From a virus, in IMG/VR virus record IMGVR_UViG_3300032308_002775, positions 1 to 64,000 of that record: 64,000 nucleotides of DNA. The stretch is one strand, 5' to 3'. The notes beneath the pieces are model-generated. The model had not been told where the DNA came from, searched no databases, and saw nothing but the letters and a program-made list of their open reading frames with translations. Positions 1-9,289 of the stretch are shown here, piece by piece (the first letter of the stretch is position 1; each line of letters opens with the position of its first letter). Made by a program: the position numbers and the translations under genes.

Positions 1-35
1 CACCGGCGCTGGCCGGTTCTTGTTCAGGGTTTTTC

Positions 36-63
36 TTGACAAGATACTGCGCTACGCTATCTT
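36..63 (+). promoter_or_regulatory. sigma70-like promoter (TTGACA-N16-TATCTT)
   Basis: TTGACA at 36-41 and TATCTT at 58-63; ATG at 71, so the transcript would be nearly leaderless. Confidence 0.55.
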
Positions 64-70
64 GGCCGCT

Positions 71-874
71 ATGAAAACGCATTATTTCATCTCGGGTCTG
101 CCCCGAGCGGGCTCGACCCTGCTGTGCAACATTCTGGCGCAGAATCCGAAGTTTTACGTGTCGCCCGCAACGTCGGCGTGCCACGACATTCTGTTCAACA
201 TCCGCAATCAGTGGGACAAGCTCACGGAACATCAGGCCGAGGGCGTGGATTACGACCAGCTTCGGCGGGTGCTGGCGGCGGCGCTGAACGCTTATCACAC
301 GACGGACAAAACCACTGTTATCGACAAGGGCCGCGGCTGGCTGAGCCTGATCGAGCTGGCAGAGTTCACCACGGGCGTGCCGGTCAAGATTCTCGTGCCC
401 GTCCGAGACCTGGCCGAGATATTCGCCAGCTTTGAACTTTTGTGGCGCAAGACGTCCGGCCAGACGCAATGGTCGTTCGAGCAGTCGGAGTACTTCAAGG
501 CTCAGACAGTCGAGGGGCGTTGCGACATCTGGGCGGGCGCCAGTCAGCCGGTCGGCCTGGCCTATAACCGCGTGAAGGATGCGCTGGCGCGCGGCTATCA
601 CGACCGCTTGTTGTTCGTCGAGTTCGATGACTTAACGCAGCGACCGCGGGCGACGCTCGAGCGCATCTACGCGTTTCTGGGCGAAGAGCCGTTTACGCAC
701 GACGTCATGCGCGTCGAGCAGGTCACGCGAGAAGACGACGTCAACGTTCACCGGATTCCGGGGCTTCACACCATTCGGCCGCATGTGCAGCCCGTCCCCC
801 GGCGCGCGCTGGAGGTGCTCGGGCCGGAACTGCTCCAGAAATACAGTAACCTGGAGTTGTGGCGCGCGCGCTAA
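71..874 (+). CDS. Sulfotransferase family protein
   Basis: N-terminal PAPS-binding loop FISGLPRAGSTLL, VRD motif; start moved to the ATG at 71. Confidence 0.85.
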   Translation: MKTHYFISGLPRAGSTLLCNILAQNPKFYVSPATSACHDILFNIRNQWDKLTEHQAEGVDYDQLRRVLAAALNAYHTTDKTTVIDKGRGWLSLIELAEFTTGVPVKILVPVRDLAEIFASFELLWRKTSGQTQWSFEQSEYFKAQTVEGRCDIWAGASQPVGLAYNRVKDALARGYHDRLLFVEFDDLTQRPRATLERIYAFLGEEPFTHDVMRVEQVTREDDVNVHRIPGLHTIRPHVQPVPRRALEVLGPELLQKYSNLELWRAR

Positions 875-900
875 GTCGCGGTTATGAGGAAAGATATCTA

Positions 901-1851
901 ATGGGCAGAGCGGCTGAGACCATTCCCGTCGATTTCGTGGAGCATTTCCGCGGGTACTTTCCGCCAGCGCATACAGACACCGCGGCGGTGCTGTGCTACT
1001 TCAACGCCTGCGAGTACAAGGCGCCTTTGGCGAACGCCCTTGCCGTCGTCAACGACTTGCGCCAGGCGAACATCCCGCTGTACCTCATCGAGCTGTGCTA
1101 CGGCGATCAGCTCGGCGTGATGCCGGAACCTACGATGCGCGTCCGGGCGCAGTCGTGGATGTTTCACAAGGAAAACCTGTTCAATCTTGTCACGCCGCAC
1201 ATTCCAGCCCAGTACACGAAGCTGGTCTACCTCGACAGCGATGTGCGTTTCAACTGCGCCGACTGGCTCGACCGGGCGTCGCGCGTCCTGGACCGTTGCG
1301 ACCTGATGCAGCCAATGGACTGGTGTTACTGGTCAGAGTCGTACAACCGCCAGGCGATGGCTGTGCGCGTGTCTCGAAGACTCGCCTGTGACCCAATGCA
1401 GGCGCATCCGGGATTTGCGCTGGGCGTTCGGCGTGAGTGGCTCGCGAAGCTGGGCGGTTTTTTCGAGTTGGCGATGACCGGCTCGGGCGATGCCTGTATG
1501 TGGCACGCCATCGGGAGCGCGCTTAAAGATAATTCCGGGTGGCAAACGTGCGGCTATCCCGGGCACGAAAGCGAGCGCTGGTTAAACAAATGCCCCGGTT
1601 TTGCGAAATATGTTGAGCACGCAAAAGCGCATCCGGCGCGCGTCGGGTTCACCATGGCCTGTTCGATGGGGCACATGCCGCACGGCACGCACAAGAACCG
1701 CCAGTATTACGATCGTGTAGATAAAATGATGCACGCAGGAATTGAAACGACAAGAAACAGCGACGGCGTGCTGGAGCTCGTTCACGAGCAAGATCGGCAG
1801 ATCATCGCTGACTACTTCAAAAGCCGCCGCGATGACGATAATGACGACTGA
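901..1851 (+). CDS. Putative glycosyltransferase (GT-A-like)
   Basis: KENLFN and YLDSDV (DxD) motifs, GSGD; start at ATG 901 after GAGG. Confidence 0.6.
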   Translation: MGRAAETIPVDFVEHFRGYFPPAHTDTAAVLCYFNACEYKAPLANALAVVNDLRQANIPLYLIELCYGDQLGVMPEPTMRVRAQSWMFHKENLFNLVTPHIPAQYTKLVYLDSDVRFNCADWLDRASRVLDRCDLMQPMDWCYWSESYNRQAMAVRVSRRLACDPMQAHPGFALGVRREWLAKLGGFFELAMTGSGDACMWHAIGSALKDNSGWQTCGYPGHESERWLNKCPGFAKYVEHAKAHPARVGFTMACSMGHMPHGTHKNRQYYDRVDKMMHAGIETTRNSDGVLELVHEQDRQIIADYFKSRRDDDNDD

Positions 1852-1872
1852 GCGGCCAGTCGCGCCGCCTGA

Positions 1873-1945
1873 CCCGGAGTGGAGAAATCGGTATCTCGCT
1901 GCCCTCATAAGGCAGAGTTTGCGCGTTCGAGTCGCGCCTCCGGCA
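1873..1945 (+). tRNA. tRNA with CAT anticodon (Met or Ile2), no encoded CCA
   Basis: Cloverleaf: acceptor CCGGAG/CTCCGG, D arm, anticodon stem CTGCC/GGCAG with loop CTCATAA (CAT at 1906-1908), T arm GCGCG-TTCGAGT-CGCGC. Confidence 0.9.
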
Positions 1946-1977
1946 TTGGTATCGTTTCCCGGTCACATGAGGCAAGG

Positions 1978-2358
1978 ATGCCCGCAAAAGACCCTGACGT
2001 ACGCCGCGCAACCTGGCGGCGCTGGTATCAGAACAACAAGCACAAGCAAATTAAACGGGTGCGCAGCCAGTCTCGGCGCAACCGCACAGAGATCCAGCAG
2101 TACAAGAGCGCCACGCCCTGCGCCGACTGCAAGCAGTGCTATCCGCACTACGTTATGGACTTTGATCACGTCACCGGTGAAAAGCTCGCCAACGTCGCCG
2201 ACCTGACACGCACGAATCATTCTCGTAAGCAGGTCTGGGAAGAGATCGCCAAGTGCGAGCTGGTCTGCGCGAACTGCCACCGGGCGCGCACGCACTTCCG
2301 GCGCCAGGAACGGAAGAACAGCAAACACAAAGACGACAACGGCGCTACGGCTGCGTAA
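1978..2358 (+). CDS. HNH endonuclease (putative homing endonuclease)
   Basis: CADC...MDFDHV...CELVCANCHRART; start at ATG 1978 avoids overlapping the tRNA. Confidence 0.85.
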   Translation: MPAKDPDVRRATWRRWYQNNKHKQIKRVRSQSRRNRTEIQQYKSATPCADCKQCYPHYVMDFDHVTGEKLANVADLTRTNHSRKQVWEEIAKCELVCANCHRARTHFRRQERKNSKHKDDNGATAA

Positions 2359-2394
2359 CGCCAGCGATCAGCGGCATCGAACACAGGAGCGACC

Positions 2395-2700
2395 ATGGCA
2401 AACGAGGTAGATGAGATGTCCGCTGCATCGCGTGGTTCTCGGCCGGTGGCTTGGGCGGTCTGGTCGCCTGCCTTTGGCTACCCGTTTGGCGATGCGGCAA
2501 TCTTCAAGCGGAACGAACTTGCAATCGAAATGTGCGTGATGAATGGGTACGGCGTGGACGACATTGTTCCGCTGTATCGCAAGCCGATGCTGGAAGACGA
2601 GGAGTTGAAGGCGATCCGAAGGGCGGCGGCAATGGCGCGAGAGATGCATGACACGCGGCTAGAGGCTGCGTTGGGTGGCCTACTGGAACGACTAGGCTGA
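2395..2700 (+). CDS. Hypothetical protein
   Basis: ORF with AGGAG ribosome-binding site. Confidence 0.65.
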   Translation: MANEVDEMSAASRGSRPVAWAVWSPAFGYPFGDAAIFKRNELAIEMCVMNGYGVDDIVPLYRKPMLEDEELKAIRRAAAMAREMHDTRLEAALGGLLERLG

Positions 2701-2716
2701 GAACGCTGGGTTTCCC

Positions 2717-3640
2717 GTGCATCCGCGCAACTACTCTCACATTCCGCGCCGCAAATACATCGAACGGCAACCGGGCGCGCAGAACCTCGCCGGGTTGGAG
2801 GTCTTGCTTCACCTGGACTCGTTCTGCCTGGGCGACACAGTCTGCCTGGCTTCGTGCCTGCCGGACTTTGTGCGCCACCACCGGCCCAAGAAACTCTGGG
2901 TCACCACGTTCTGGCCCGAACTGTTCGACCAGGCCGCCGAGTTCGAGATCCTGGACGCTGTCTCTGCGAGCGCCGAGCCGCTCGAGTGCGATAAGCTCGT
3001 CCTGGCGGGGTATCGCAAGCAGAGCCTGACGCACACGACCCGCGGCATGTTTTACGCCGCCCGGGACTCGATGGGGCTTCCGGAAGCTCCGCCTGGCGCG
3101 GCGCCCACCCGGCCGCTTCTCCGGCGGCCCATAAGCGGGACTTACCAGCCCAACAAGATCGTGATCGCGCCGGAGAGCACCAAGCAAATTGCGCGTTGGG
3201 ACTATCTGGGCATAGATATCTATGGCTGGCAGGCGGTCGTGGACAACTTAGTTCAGCGCGGTTACGAGGTGCACGATATTTCCTACGAGCACACGCTGAT
3301 GCTCCGCGGCGTCACGAAGCACGGCGGTGACGCAGACATTCAGTCCGCGGTGCAGCATCTCTGCGAAGCGCGCCTGTTCATTGGCCTGAGCTCGGGACTT
3401 GCCTGGCTGGCCTGGGCACATGTAATTCCAGTAGTCATGATCGCGGGTTTCACCAAGCCGCAGAACGAGTTTCCCTGCTACCGGGTCGAGAATCCGTACG
3501 CCTGCTCAGGTTGCTTTAACGTGTTTCCCAACATTCAGCGCGCCTGCCCGCTTTTTCAGGGCACGCCGCGGGAGCACGAGTGCCACCGAACGATTACGCC
3601 CGCGATGGTCCTGGCGCAGGTCGATCGGGCCCTGGTTTGA
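2717..3640 (+). CDS. GT9-like heptosyltransferase (TibC/AAH autotransporter O-heptosyltransferase-like)
   Basis: LGDT motif, FIGLSSGLAWLAWA, C-terminal Cys cluster CSGCFN...CP...EC. Confidence 0.75.
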   Translation: MHPRNYSHIPRRKYIERQPGAQNLAGLEVLLHLDSFCLGDTVCLASCLPDFVRHHRPKKLWVTTFWPELFDQAAEFEILDAVSASAEPLECDKLVLAGYRKQSLTHTTRGMFYAARDSMGLPEAPPGAAPTRPLLRRPISGTYQPNKIVIAPESTKQIARWDYLGIDIYGWQAVVDNLVQRGYEVHDISYEHTLMLRGVTKHGGDADIQSAVQHLCEARLFIGLSSGLAWLAWAHVIPVVMIAGFTKPQNEFPCYRVENPYACSGCFNVFPNIQRACPLFQGTPREHECHRTITPAMVLAQVDRALV

Positions 3641-3683
3641 TATCATTGAGACGTGAAAACTCCAGAAATTCTCGGGTTGCGCC

Positions 3684-4205
3684 ATGGTTCGCAAGAAGAT
3701 CTCCGACCTTGACCCGAAGGGCAATCTGGCGCCGACGGACATCATTCCGATCGTCGACACGGAGCTCAACCGGCGCAAAACCAAGCGCACCACGGTTCAG
3801 GACCTGATTAACGAGGTCAACGCCGTCACGCAGCCCGAAAAGGGCGCAGCAGGCGGCGTGGCGACGCTGGACTCGAACGCCCGGCTGAATACAGCGCAGC
3901 TCCCGGCCCTGGCCGTCACCGAGACGTTCACCGTCAGCTCAGAAGCGGCCATGCTGGCGCTTCCGGCACAGATGGGCGACGTGGCGATTCGCGAAGATCT
4001 CGGCCAGACATACATTTTGCAGGGCCAGAACGCCACGGTGCTTGATAACTGGGCGCTCTTGGCCGTGACCTCGCAGACGCTTGTCGGGTTAACCGACGTA
4101 GCTGATACAATACCGACTGATCGCGCCGCCCTTGTGTACGACCCGGACACAAACCAGTGGCGCCCCGCCAAACTCGACCGCCTCACGGATGGGGGCGCGT
4201 TTTAA
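3684..4205 (+). CDS. Tail fibre-associated protein
   Basis: KISDL N-terminus, GVATLD, AMLAL..AQMGDVAIR, C-terminal DGGAF shared with the next fibre. Confidence 0.6.
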   Translation: MVRKKISDLDPKGNLAPTDIIPIVDTELNRRKTKRTTVQDLINEVNAVTQPEKGAAGGVATLDSNARLNTAQLPALAVTETFTVSSEAAMLALPAQMGDVAIREDLGQTYILQGQNATVLDNWALLAVTSQTLVGLTDVADTIPTDRAALVYDPDTNQWRPAKLDRLTDGGAF

Positions 4206-4246
4206 CAACATTTTGAGCAGGGTTTACGTAACAACGGAGTGCACTC

Positions 4247-7200
4247 ATGGCTAATACGCTTCGCATCAAGCGCCGCACCACTGGCGCGTCTGGCGCCCCT
4301 TCGAGCCTCGCTAACGCCGAGCTGGCGTTTAACGAGGTCAACAACACGCTGTATTACGGCAAGGGCGACAGCGAAGGCGCGGCCACCAGCATCATCGCCA
4401 TCGGCGGCGACGGCACGTTTGCCACGAAGAGCTACGTCGACAGCGCCGTCTCCGGCGCGGCGCCCACGGGCGTGGCTTATTTGGCGCAGGACAACACCTG
4501 GGACGCCACAAAGACCAACACCTTCAACGGCACGGTGAACCTGGAAGGTACGTTCAAGATCGACAACGTCACGGTCTCCACCAGCGCTGACGAGCTGAAT
4601 CTGCTCGATAACGCACAGGCTAACACGGTCGTCAACAGCAAGGCGGTGATCTACGGCTCCGCGGGCCAGATTGCCGCGGCGACGCTGGATACGACCGGCA
4701 ACGTGACGGTGGGCGGCAACCTCACCGTGAACGGCACCACGACCACCGTGAACAGCACGGTAGTCACGATCGACGACCCGATCTTCACCCTCGGCGGCGA
4801 CGTGGCAGCCGCAGCCGACGACAACAAGGACCGCGGCATCGCCTTCCAGTGGCACACCGGCAGCGCGGCCAGAATTGGCTTTTTTGGCTACGACGACAGC
4901 GCGGCTGCGTTTACGTTTATTCCGGACGCTACGATCTCGAGCGAAGTTGTCTCGGGCACAGCGGGCGACCTGATCGTGGGCAAGGTCAACAACGTCACGT
5001 TTACGTCGCCCGCGAGTGCCGCGACGCTGACGCTGGGTTCGGGCAAGACGGTCTCGATCAGCAACACGCTGACGTTCACTGGCACGGACAGCTCTAGCGT
5101 GGCTTTTGGTGCGGGCGGCACGGTGACCTACACGAGCAACACGCTGGCGGTGTTTGCGGCCACCACGTCATCGCAGCTTGCTGGCGTGATCTCTGACGAA
5201 ACGGGCACTGGCGCGCTGGTGTTTGCGAACACGCCGACTCTGGTGACGCCCGTGCTGGGCACTCCCACGTCGGGCACGTTGACGAACTGCACCGGGCTGC
5301 CTGTCGCGACGGGTATCTCCGGCCTGGCTACTGGCGTGGCTACGTTTTTGGCGACGCCGTCTAGTGCGAACCTGGCCAGCGCCGTGACCGATGAGACTGG
5401 TTCGGGCGCCCTGGTGTTTGCCAACACGCCGACGCTCGTGACGCCCAATATCGGCGTGGCGACGGCGACGACCGTCAACAAAGTGACGCTCACGGCTCCG
5501 GCGACCGGCAGCACGCTGACCATTGCTGACAGCAAGACGCTCACCGTGAGCAACACGCTGACCTTCACCGGCACCGACGCCAGCTCGGTGGCTTTCGGTG
5601 CGGGCGGCACGGTGGCCTACACCGGCAACAAGCTCTCCGTGTTCGCGGCGACCAGCTCCAGTGAGCTGGCGGGCGTGATCTCTGACGAGACGGGTACTGG
5701 CGCCCTGGTGTTTGCCAACACCCCGACGCTGGTTACCCCAGTGCTCGGTACGCCGACCTCGGGAACTCTCACGAACTGCACTGGCCTGCCGGTGAGCACG
5801 GGTATCTCCGGCCTGGCTACTGGCGTGGCTACGTTTTTGGCGACGCCTAGCTCGGCCAACCTCGCGTCGGCCGTGACGGATGAGACAGGCACCGGGGCGC
5901 TGGTGTTCGCGAACACGCCGACCCTGGTCACTCCAGTGCTCGGCACGCCGACCTCGGGCACCCTGACCAACTGCACCGGCCTGCCGGTGAGCACTGGCAT
6001 CTCCGGCCTGGCTACTGGCGTGGCCACGTTCCTGGCGACTCCCTCGAGCGCCAATCTCGCCAGCGCCGTGACCGATGAGACTGGTTCGGGCGCTCTGGTG
6101 TTTGGCACGGGTCCAACGATTACCACGAGTATTCTTTCTGGTAGCGCCACGCTGGCTGTGTTCAACACCACGGCCACCACGGTGAACGCCTTTGGCGCCG
6201 CGACGACGCTCAGTATGGGAGCCGGGTCTGGCACGACGACGATTAACAACAATCTGACCGTCACTGGCAACCTGACGATCAACGGCACTACGACCACGGT
6301 GAACAGCACGGTAGTCACGATCGACGACCCGATCTTCACACTCGGTGGAGACACGGCGCCCGGCTCTGACGACAACAAGGACCGCGGCATCGAGTTTCGG
6401 TGGTACAGCGGCTCGGCCAAGGTTGGCTTCTTTGGCTTCGACGACAGCACCGGCAAGTTCACGTTTATCCCCGACGCCACGAACACCAGCGAGGTGTTCT
6501 CGGGCACGCTGGGCACGATCGACGTGGGCGCCGTGCACATCAACGGCTCGCAGATCGCCGCCAGCAACCTGAGCAACGGCACCACCGGCTCGGGCACCAT
6601 CGTCCTGGCCACCAGTCCGACGCTGGTCACGCCTGCCTTGGGTACGCCCAGCTCGGGTACCCTGACCAGCTGCACGGGACTGCCTGTCTCGACGGGCATC
6701 TCGGGCCTGGGCGCGGGCGTGGCGACGTTCTTGGCCACTCCCAGCTCGGCGAACCTGATCTCCGCGGTGAGCGACGAAACTGGCACCGGGGCGCTGGTGT
6801 TTGCGAACACGCCGACGCTCGTGACGCCCGTCCTGGGCACACCTACCAGCGGCACTTTGACCAACTGCACGGGTCTTCCGGTCAGCACGGGCGTTTCGGG
6901 CTTGGGCACTAACGTAGCGACGTTCCTGGCTACGCCCAGTTCCGCGAACCTGGCCGCGGCGCTCACCGACGAGACGGGTTCGGGGAAGGTCGTGTTCGAC
7001 ACGAGTCCTACTCTGGTCACGCCGACGCTCGGCGTCGCTTCGGCCACGAGCATTAACAAGGTCGCGATTACAGCGCCTGCCACCAGCGCGACTTTGACCA
7101 TTGCGAACGGCAAGACGCTCACCGTAAGCAATACGCTCACGTTTACGGGAACCGACAGCTCTTCGGTGGCTTTTGGAGCTGGCGGAACAGTGGTGTACGC

Positions 7201-7255
7201 CGATACGGTCTGCTCGGCCATTGCTAACTGCACGCTGGACGGCGGCACGTTCTAA
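4247..7255 (+). CDS. Long tail fibre protein with internal repeats
   Basis: 1002 aa, Thr/Ser/Gly/Ala-rich; N-terminal LRIKRR...LANAELAFN; repeated DETGTGALVFANTPTLVTP...LTNCTGLP modules; C-terminal DGGTF. Confidence 0.8.
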   Translation: MANTLRIKRRTTGASGAPSSLANAELAFNEVNNTLYYGKGDSEGAATSIIAIGGDGTFATKSYVDSAVSGAAPTGVAYLAQDNTWDATKTNTFNGTVNLEGTFKIDNVTVSTSADELNLLDNAQANTVVNSKAVIYGSAGQIAAATLDTTGNVTVGGNLTVNGTTTTVNSTVVTIDDPIFTLGGDVAAAADDNKDRGIAFQWHTGSAARIGFFGYDDSAAAFTFIPDATISSEVVSGTAGDLIVGKVNNVTFTSPASAATLTLGSGKTVSISNTLTFTGTDSSSVAFGAGGTVTYTSNTLAVFAATTSSQLAGVISDETGTGALVFANTPTLVTPVLGTPTSGTLTNCTGLPVATGISGLATGVATFLATPSSANLASAVTDETGSGALVFANTPTLVTPNIGVATATTVNKVTLTAPATGSTLTIADSKTLTVSNTLTFTGTDASSVAFGAGGTVAYTGNKLSVFAATSSSELAGVISDETGTGALVFANTPTLVTPVLGTPTSGTLTNCTGLPVSTGISGLATGVATFLATPSSANLASAVTDETGTGALVFANTPTLVTPVLGTPTSGTLTNCTGLPVSTGISGLATGVATFLATPSSANLASAVTDETGSGALVFGTGPTITTSILSGSATLAVFNTTATTVNAFGAATTLSMGAGSGTTTINNNLTVTGNLTINGTTTTVNSTVVTIDDPIFTLGGDTAPGSDDNKDRGIEFRWYSGSAKVGFFGFDDSTGKFTFIPDATNTSEVFSGTLGTIDVGAVHINGSQIAASNLSNGTTGSGTIVLATSPTLVTPALGTPSSGTLTSCTGLPVSTGISGLGAGVATFLATPSSANLISAVSDETGTGALVFANTPTLVTPVLGTPTSGTLTNCTGLPVSTGVSGLGTNVATFLATPSSANLAAALTDETGSGKVVFDTSPTLVTPTLGVASATSINKVAITAPATSATLTIANGKTLTVSNTLTFTGTDSSSVAFGAGGTVVYADTVCSAIANCTLDGGTF
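5190..7190 (+). repeat. Degenerate intragenic repeats in the fibre gene (boundaries approximate)
   Basis: Multiple copies of DETG(T/S)GALVFANTPTLVTP, GTPTSGTLTNCTGLPV and GVATFLATPSSANL. Confidence 0.85.
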
Positions 7256-7264
7256 ACTGACGCG

Positions 7265-7296
7265 GCCGGGGCCCAAAGATATCTTTGAGCCCCGGC
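7265..7296. promoter_or_regulatory. 32-bp near-perfect inverted repeat centred on AAAGATATCTTT
   Basis: GCCGGGGCCCAAAGAT/ATCTTTGAGCCCCGGC, one mismatch, just after the fibre stop codon. Confidence 0.7.
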
Positions 7297-7366
7297 TGGT
7301 TGTCGGCTGTTTCGCCAGGCGCTACGATCGGGAGCGGTTTTTGACCTCTAGCGCAGCTGTTTTCTC

Positions 7367-9289
7367 ATGCCAAACAAGATTCAGATCAGGCGCAGCGCGA
7401 CAGCTAGCGCCGCGCCCACTGCCGGGCAGCTCGATGCCGGTGAACTGGCCATCAACACAGCTGATGGACGTCTGTTCGCCAAGAATTCTGCTGGTACGGT
7501 CATTAATCTGCCAGTTACAAGCATTTCTGGGCAGACAATTACGCCAGCCAAGATTGTTGGCGGAAGCGGCACCGCCGCTTTAGGCGCGCTCGCTATGGTC
7601 GGCGGCGGAGCGGAAAACACCGCAACAGGCGACTACTCAGCCGTGCTCGGCGGCCGATACAACACCGCGAGCGGCTTTTATGCCGCAGTCGGCGGCGGGC
7701 AGTACAACCTGGCGACAGCCGACTGGACGACGGTAAGTGGCGGCCGATACAACACTTCGGGCAGCGTGTACGGTACCGTTAGCGGCGGTTATCGTAACTA
7801 CGCGGCTAACACAAGCGCGACGGTCGGCGGCGGCGAATCGAACACGGCGTCTGGAATATTTTCGACTATTTGTGGCGGTAGTGGTCACATCGTTTCTGCT
7901 TGGGGCGCAGTGGTTGGCGGCGGTCAAGTAAATGTCGCGTCTGGTCGCTGGGCCACGGTTTCTGGCGGCGGGTACAACACGGCGTCTGGTGTTAATTCAC
8001 TTTCTGGCGGACTTAAAAACACAGCCAGCGGCGGCTCAAGCGTTATCTCTGGCGGCGGTATTTCTGGCACATTTACTGTCACGATCGCCAGCCCGGCTGT
8101 GATCACCATGTCGCTTCACGGCCTGGTAGCCAATGACACAGTCGTGTTTCAAACCACCGGCGCGTTGCCCACCGGCTTAACGCCGGGCACGACGTATCAC
8201 GTGCTCAGCACGGGCCTGACTGAAAGCGCGTTTCGCGTGGCCGCAACACAGGGCGGCACGGCGATCAACACGAGCGGCACGCAAAGCGGAACGCATACGC
8301 TGTATAGTTTTTCTGTCTTTCAGCTCGCTTCTGGTAACTCAGCAGTGATCAGCGGCGGGCAGAAGAACACTGCGTCTGGCGTAGTCTCTGTCGTAGGCGG
8401 TGGTCGTCGCAATACGGCCAGCGCGCTTGGTGCAGTTGTTGCAGGCGGCCGCGGTTGCATTGCGAGCGGCGCTAATGGATTTGTCGGCGCAGGTCGATAT
8501 AACACGGCCAGCGGCTATGACAGTACAACGGGTGGCGGGTTTAGCAGTCGCGCGACTGGTAATTGGAGCGCCGCGCTCAGTGGTTATGGAAACAGCGCAA
8601 CAGCAAACGTAAGCACTATTTGCGGCGGCAAAAACAACACTACCAGCGGCACGTATTCGAGTATTCTTGGCGGGCAGTCTAATAACACAGCGTCGTTTAG
8701 CAACGCACACATCATTGGCTCAAACATCACGGCCGACGCTGCCGACACGACGTTTGTTAATGCGCTCAAAATTGGCGGCAATGTTGCGCTGCATGCGGGC
8801 AACTACCTGAGCTACGTCACGAAGACGCTGCTGATATTCACACCAGACCAAGGGCAGCCCCCGGCGAGCAGCTTCGCCACGTTTGACACGCGTAATTCGG
8901 TGCTCGTGCTCGATTTTGATCCGCTCGCGGACGAGTCGATTGTGTTTATTGGCTGCGTGCCAACCAACGCCACGCTTACCAGCGGCCTCAAGGTGCGCAT
9001 CAACTGGACGGCCAGCACGGCCACGTCCGGCGCGTGCATCTGGAGTGTTGAGTTTGAGCGGATGAACACCGACATCGACGCTGACTCGTTTGCGACGGCT
9101 GCTACCGGTACCACGACGACCAACGGCACCAGCGGCGTTCCCAACGTCACCGAGATCACGATCACGACGATCGACTCGCTGGCGGCCGGAGAGTTCTTCC
9201 GGCTTAGGATTACTCGAGACGCCGACGCGGCAGGTGACACCATGGCGGGCGACGCGGAGCTGATCTCCGTGGCGGTGGAGATACCATAA
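7367..9289 (+). CDS. Tail fibre/adhesin with beta-helix-like N-x-A-S-G-x-x-S-x-V-x-G-G repeats
   Basis: N-terminal IQIRRS...GELAINTADG fibre motif; many ~14-aa Gly-Gly repeats. Confidence 0.75.
   Translation: MPNKIQIRRSATASAAPTAGQLDAGELAINTADGRLFAKNSAGTVINLPVTSISGQTITPAKIVGGSGTAALGALAMVGGGAENTATGDYSAVLGGRYNTASGFYAAVGGGQYNLATADWTTVSGGRYNTSGSVYGTVSGGYRNYAANTSATVGGGESNTASGIFSTICGGSGHIVSAWGAVVGGGQVNVASGRWATVSGGGYNTASGVNSLSGGLKNTASGGSSVISGGGISGTFTVTIASPAVITMSLHGLVANDTVVFQTTGALPTGLTPGTTYHVLSTGLTESAFRVAATQGGTAINTSGTQSGTHTLYSFSVFQLASGNSAVISGGQKNTASGVVSVVGGGRRNTASALGAVVAGGRGCIASGANGFVGAGRYNTASGYDSTTGGGFSSRATGNWSAALSGYGNSATANVSTICGGKNNTTSGTYSSILGGQSNNTASFSNAHIIGSNITADAADTTFVNALKIGGNVALHAGNYLSYVTKTLLIFTPDQGQPPASSFATFDTRNSVLVLDFDPLADESIVFIGCVPTNATLTSGLKVRINWTASTATSGACIWSVEFERMNTDIDADSFATAATGTTTTNGTSGVPNVTEITITTIDSLAAGEFFRLRITRDADAAGDTMAGDAELISVAVEIP

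Noticed and set aside
1879-1977. N-terminal extension of the HNH ORF
   Set aside because: It overlaps the tRNA; ATG 1978 is preferred.
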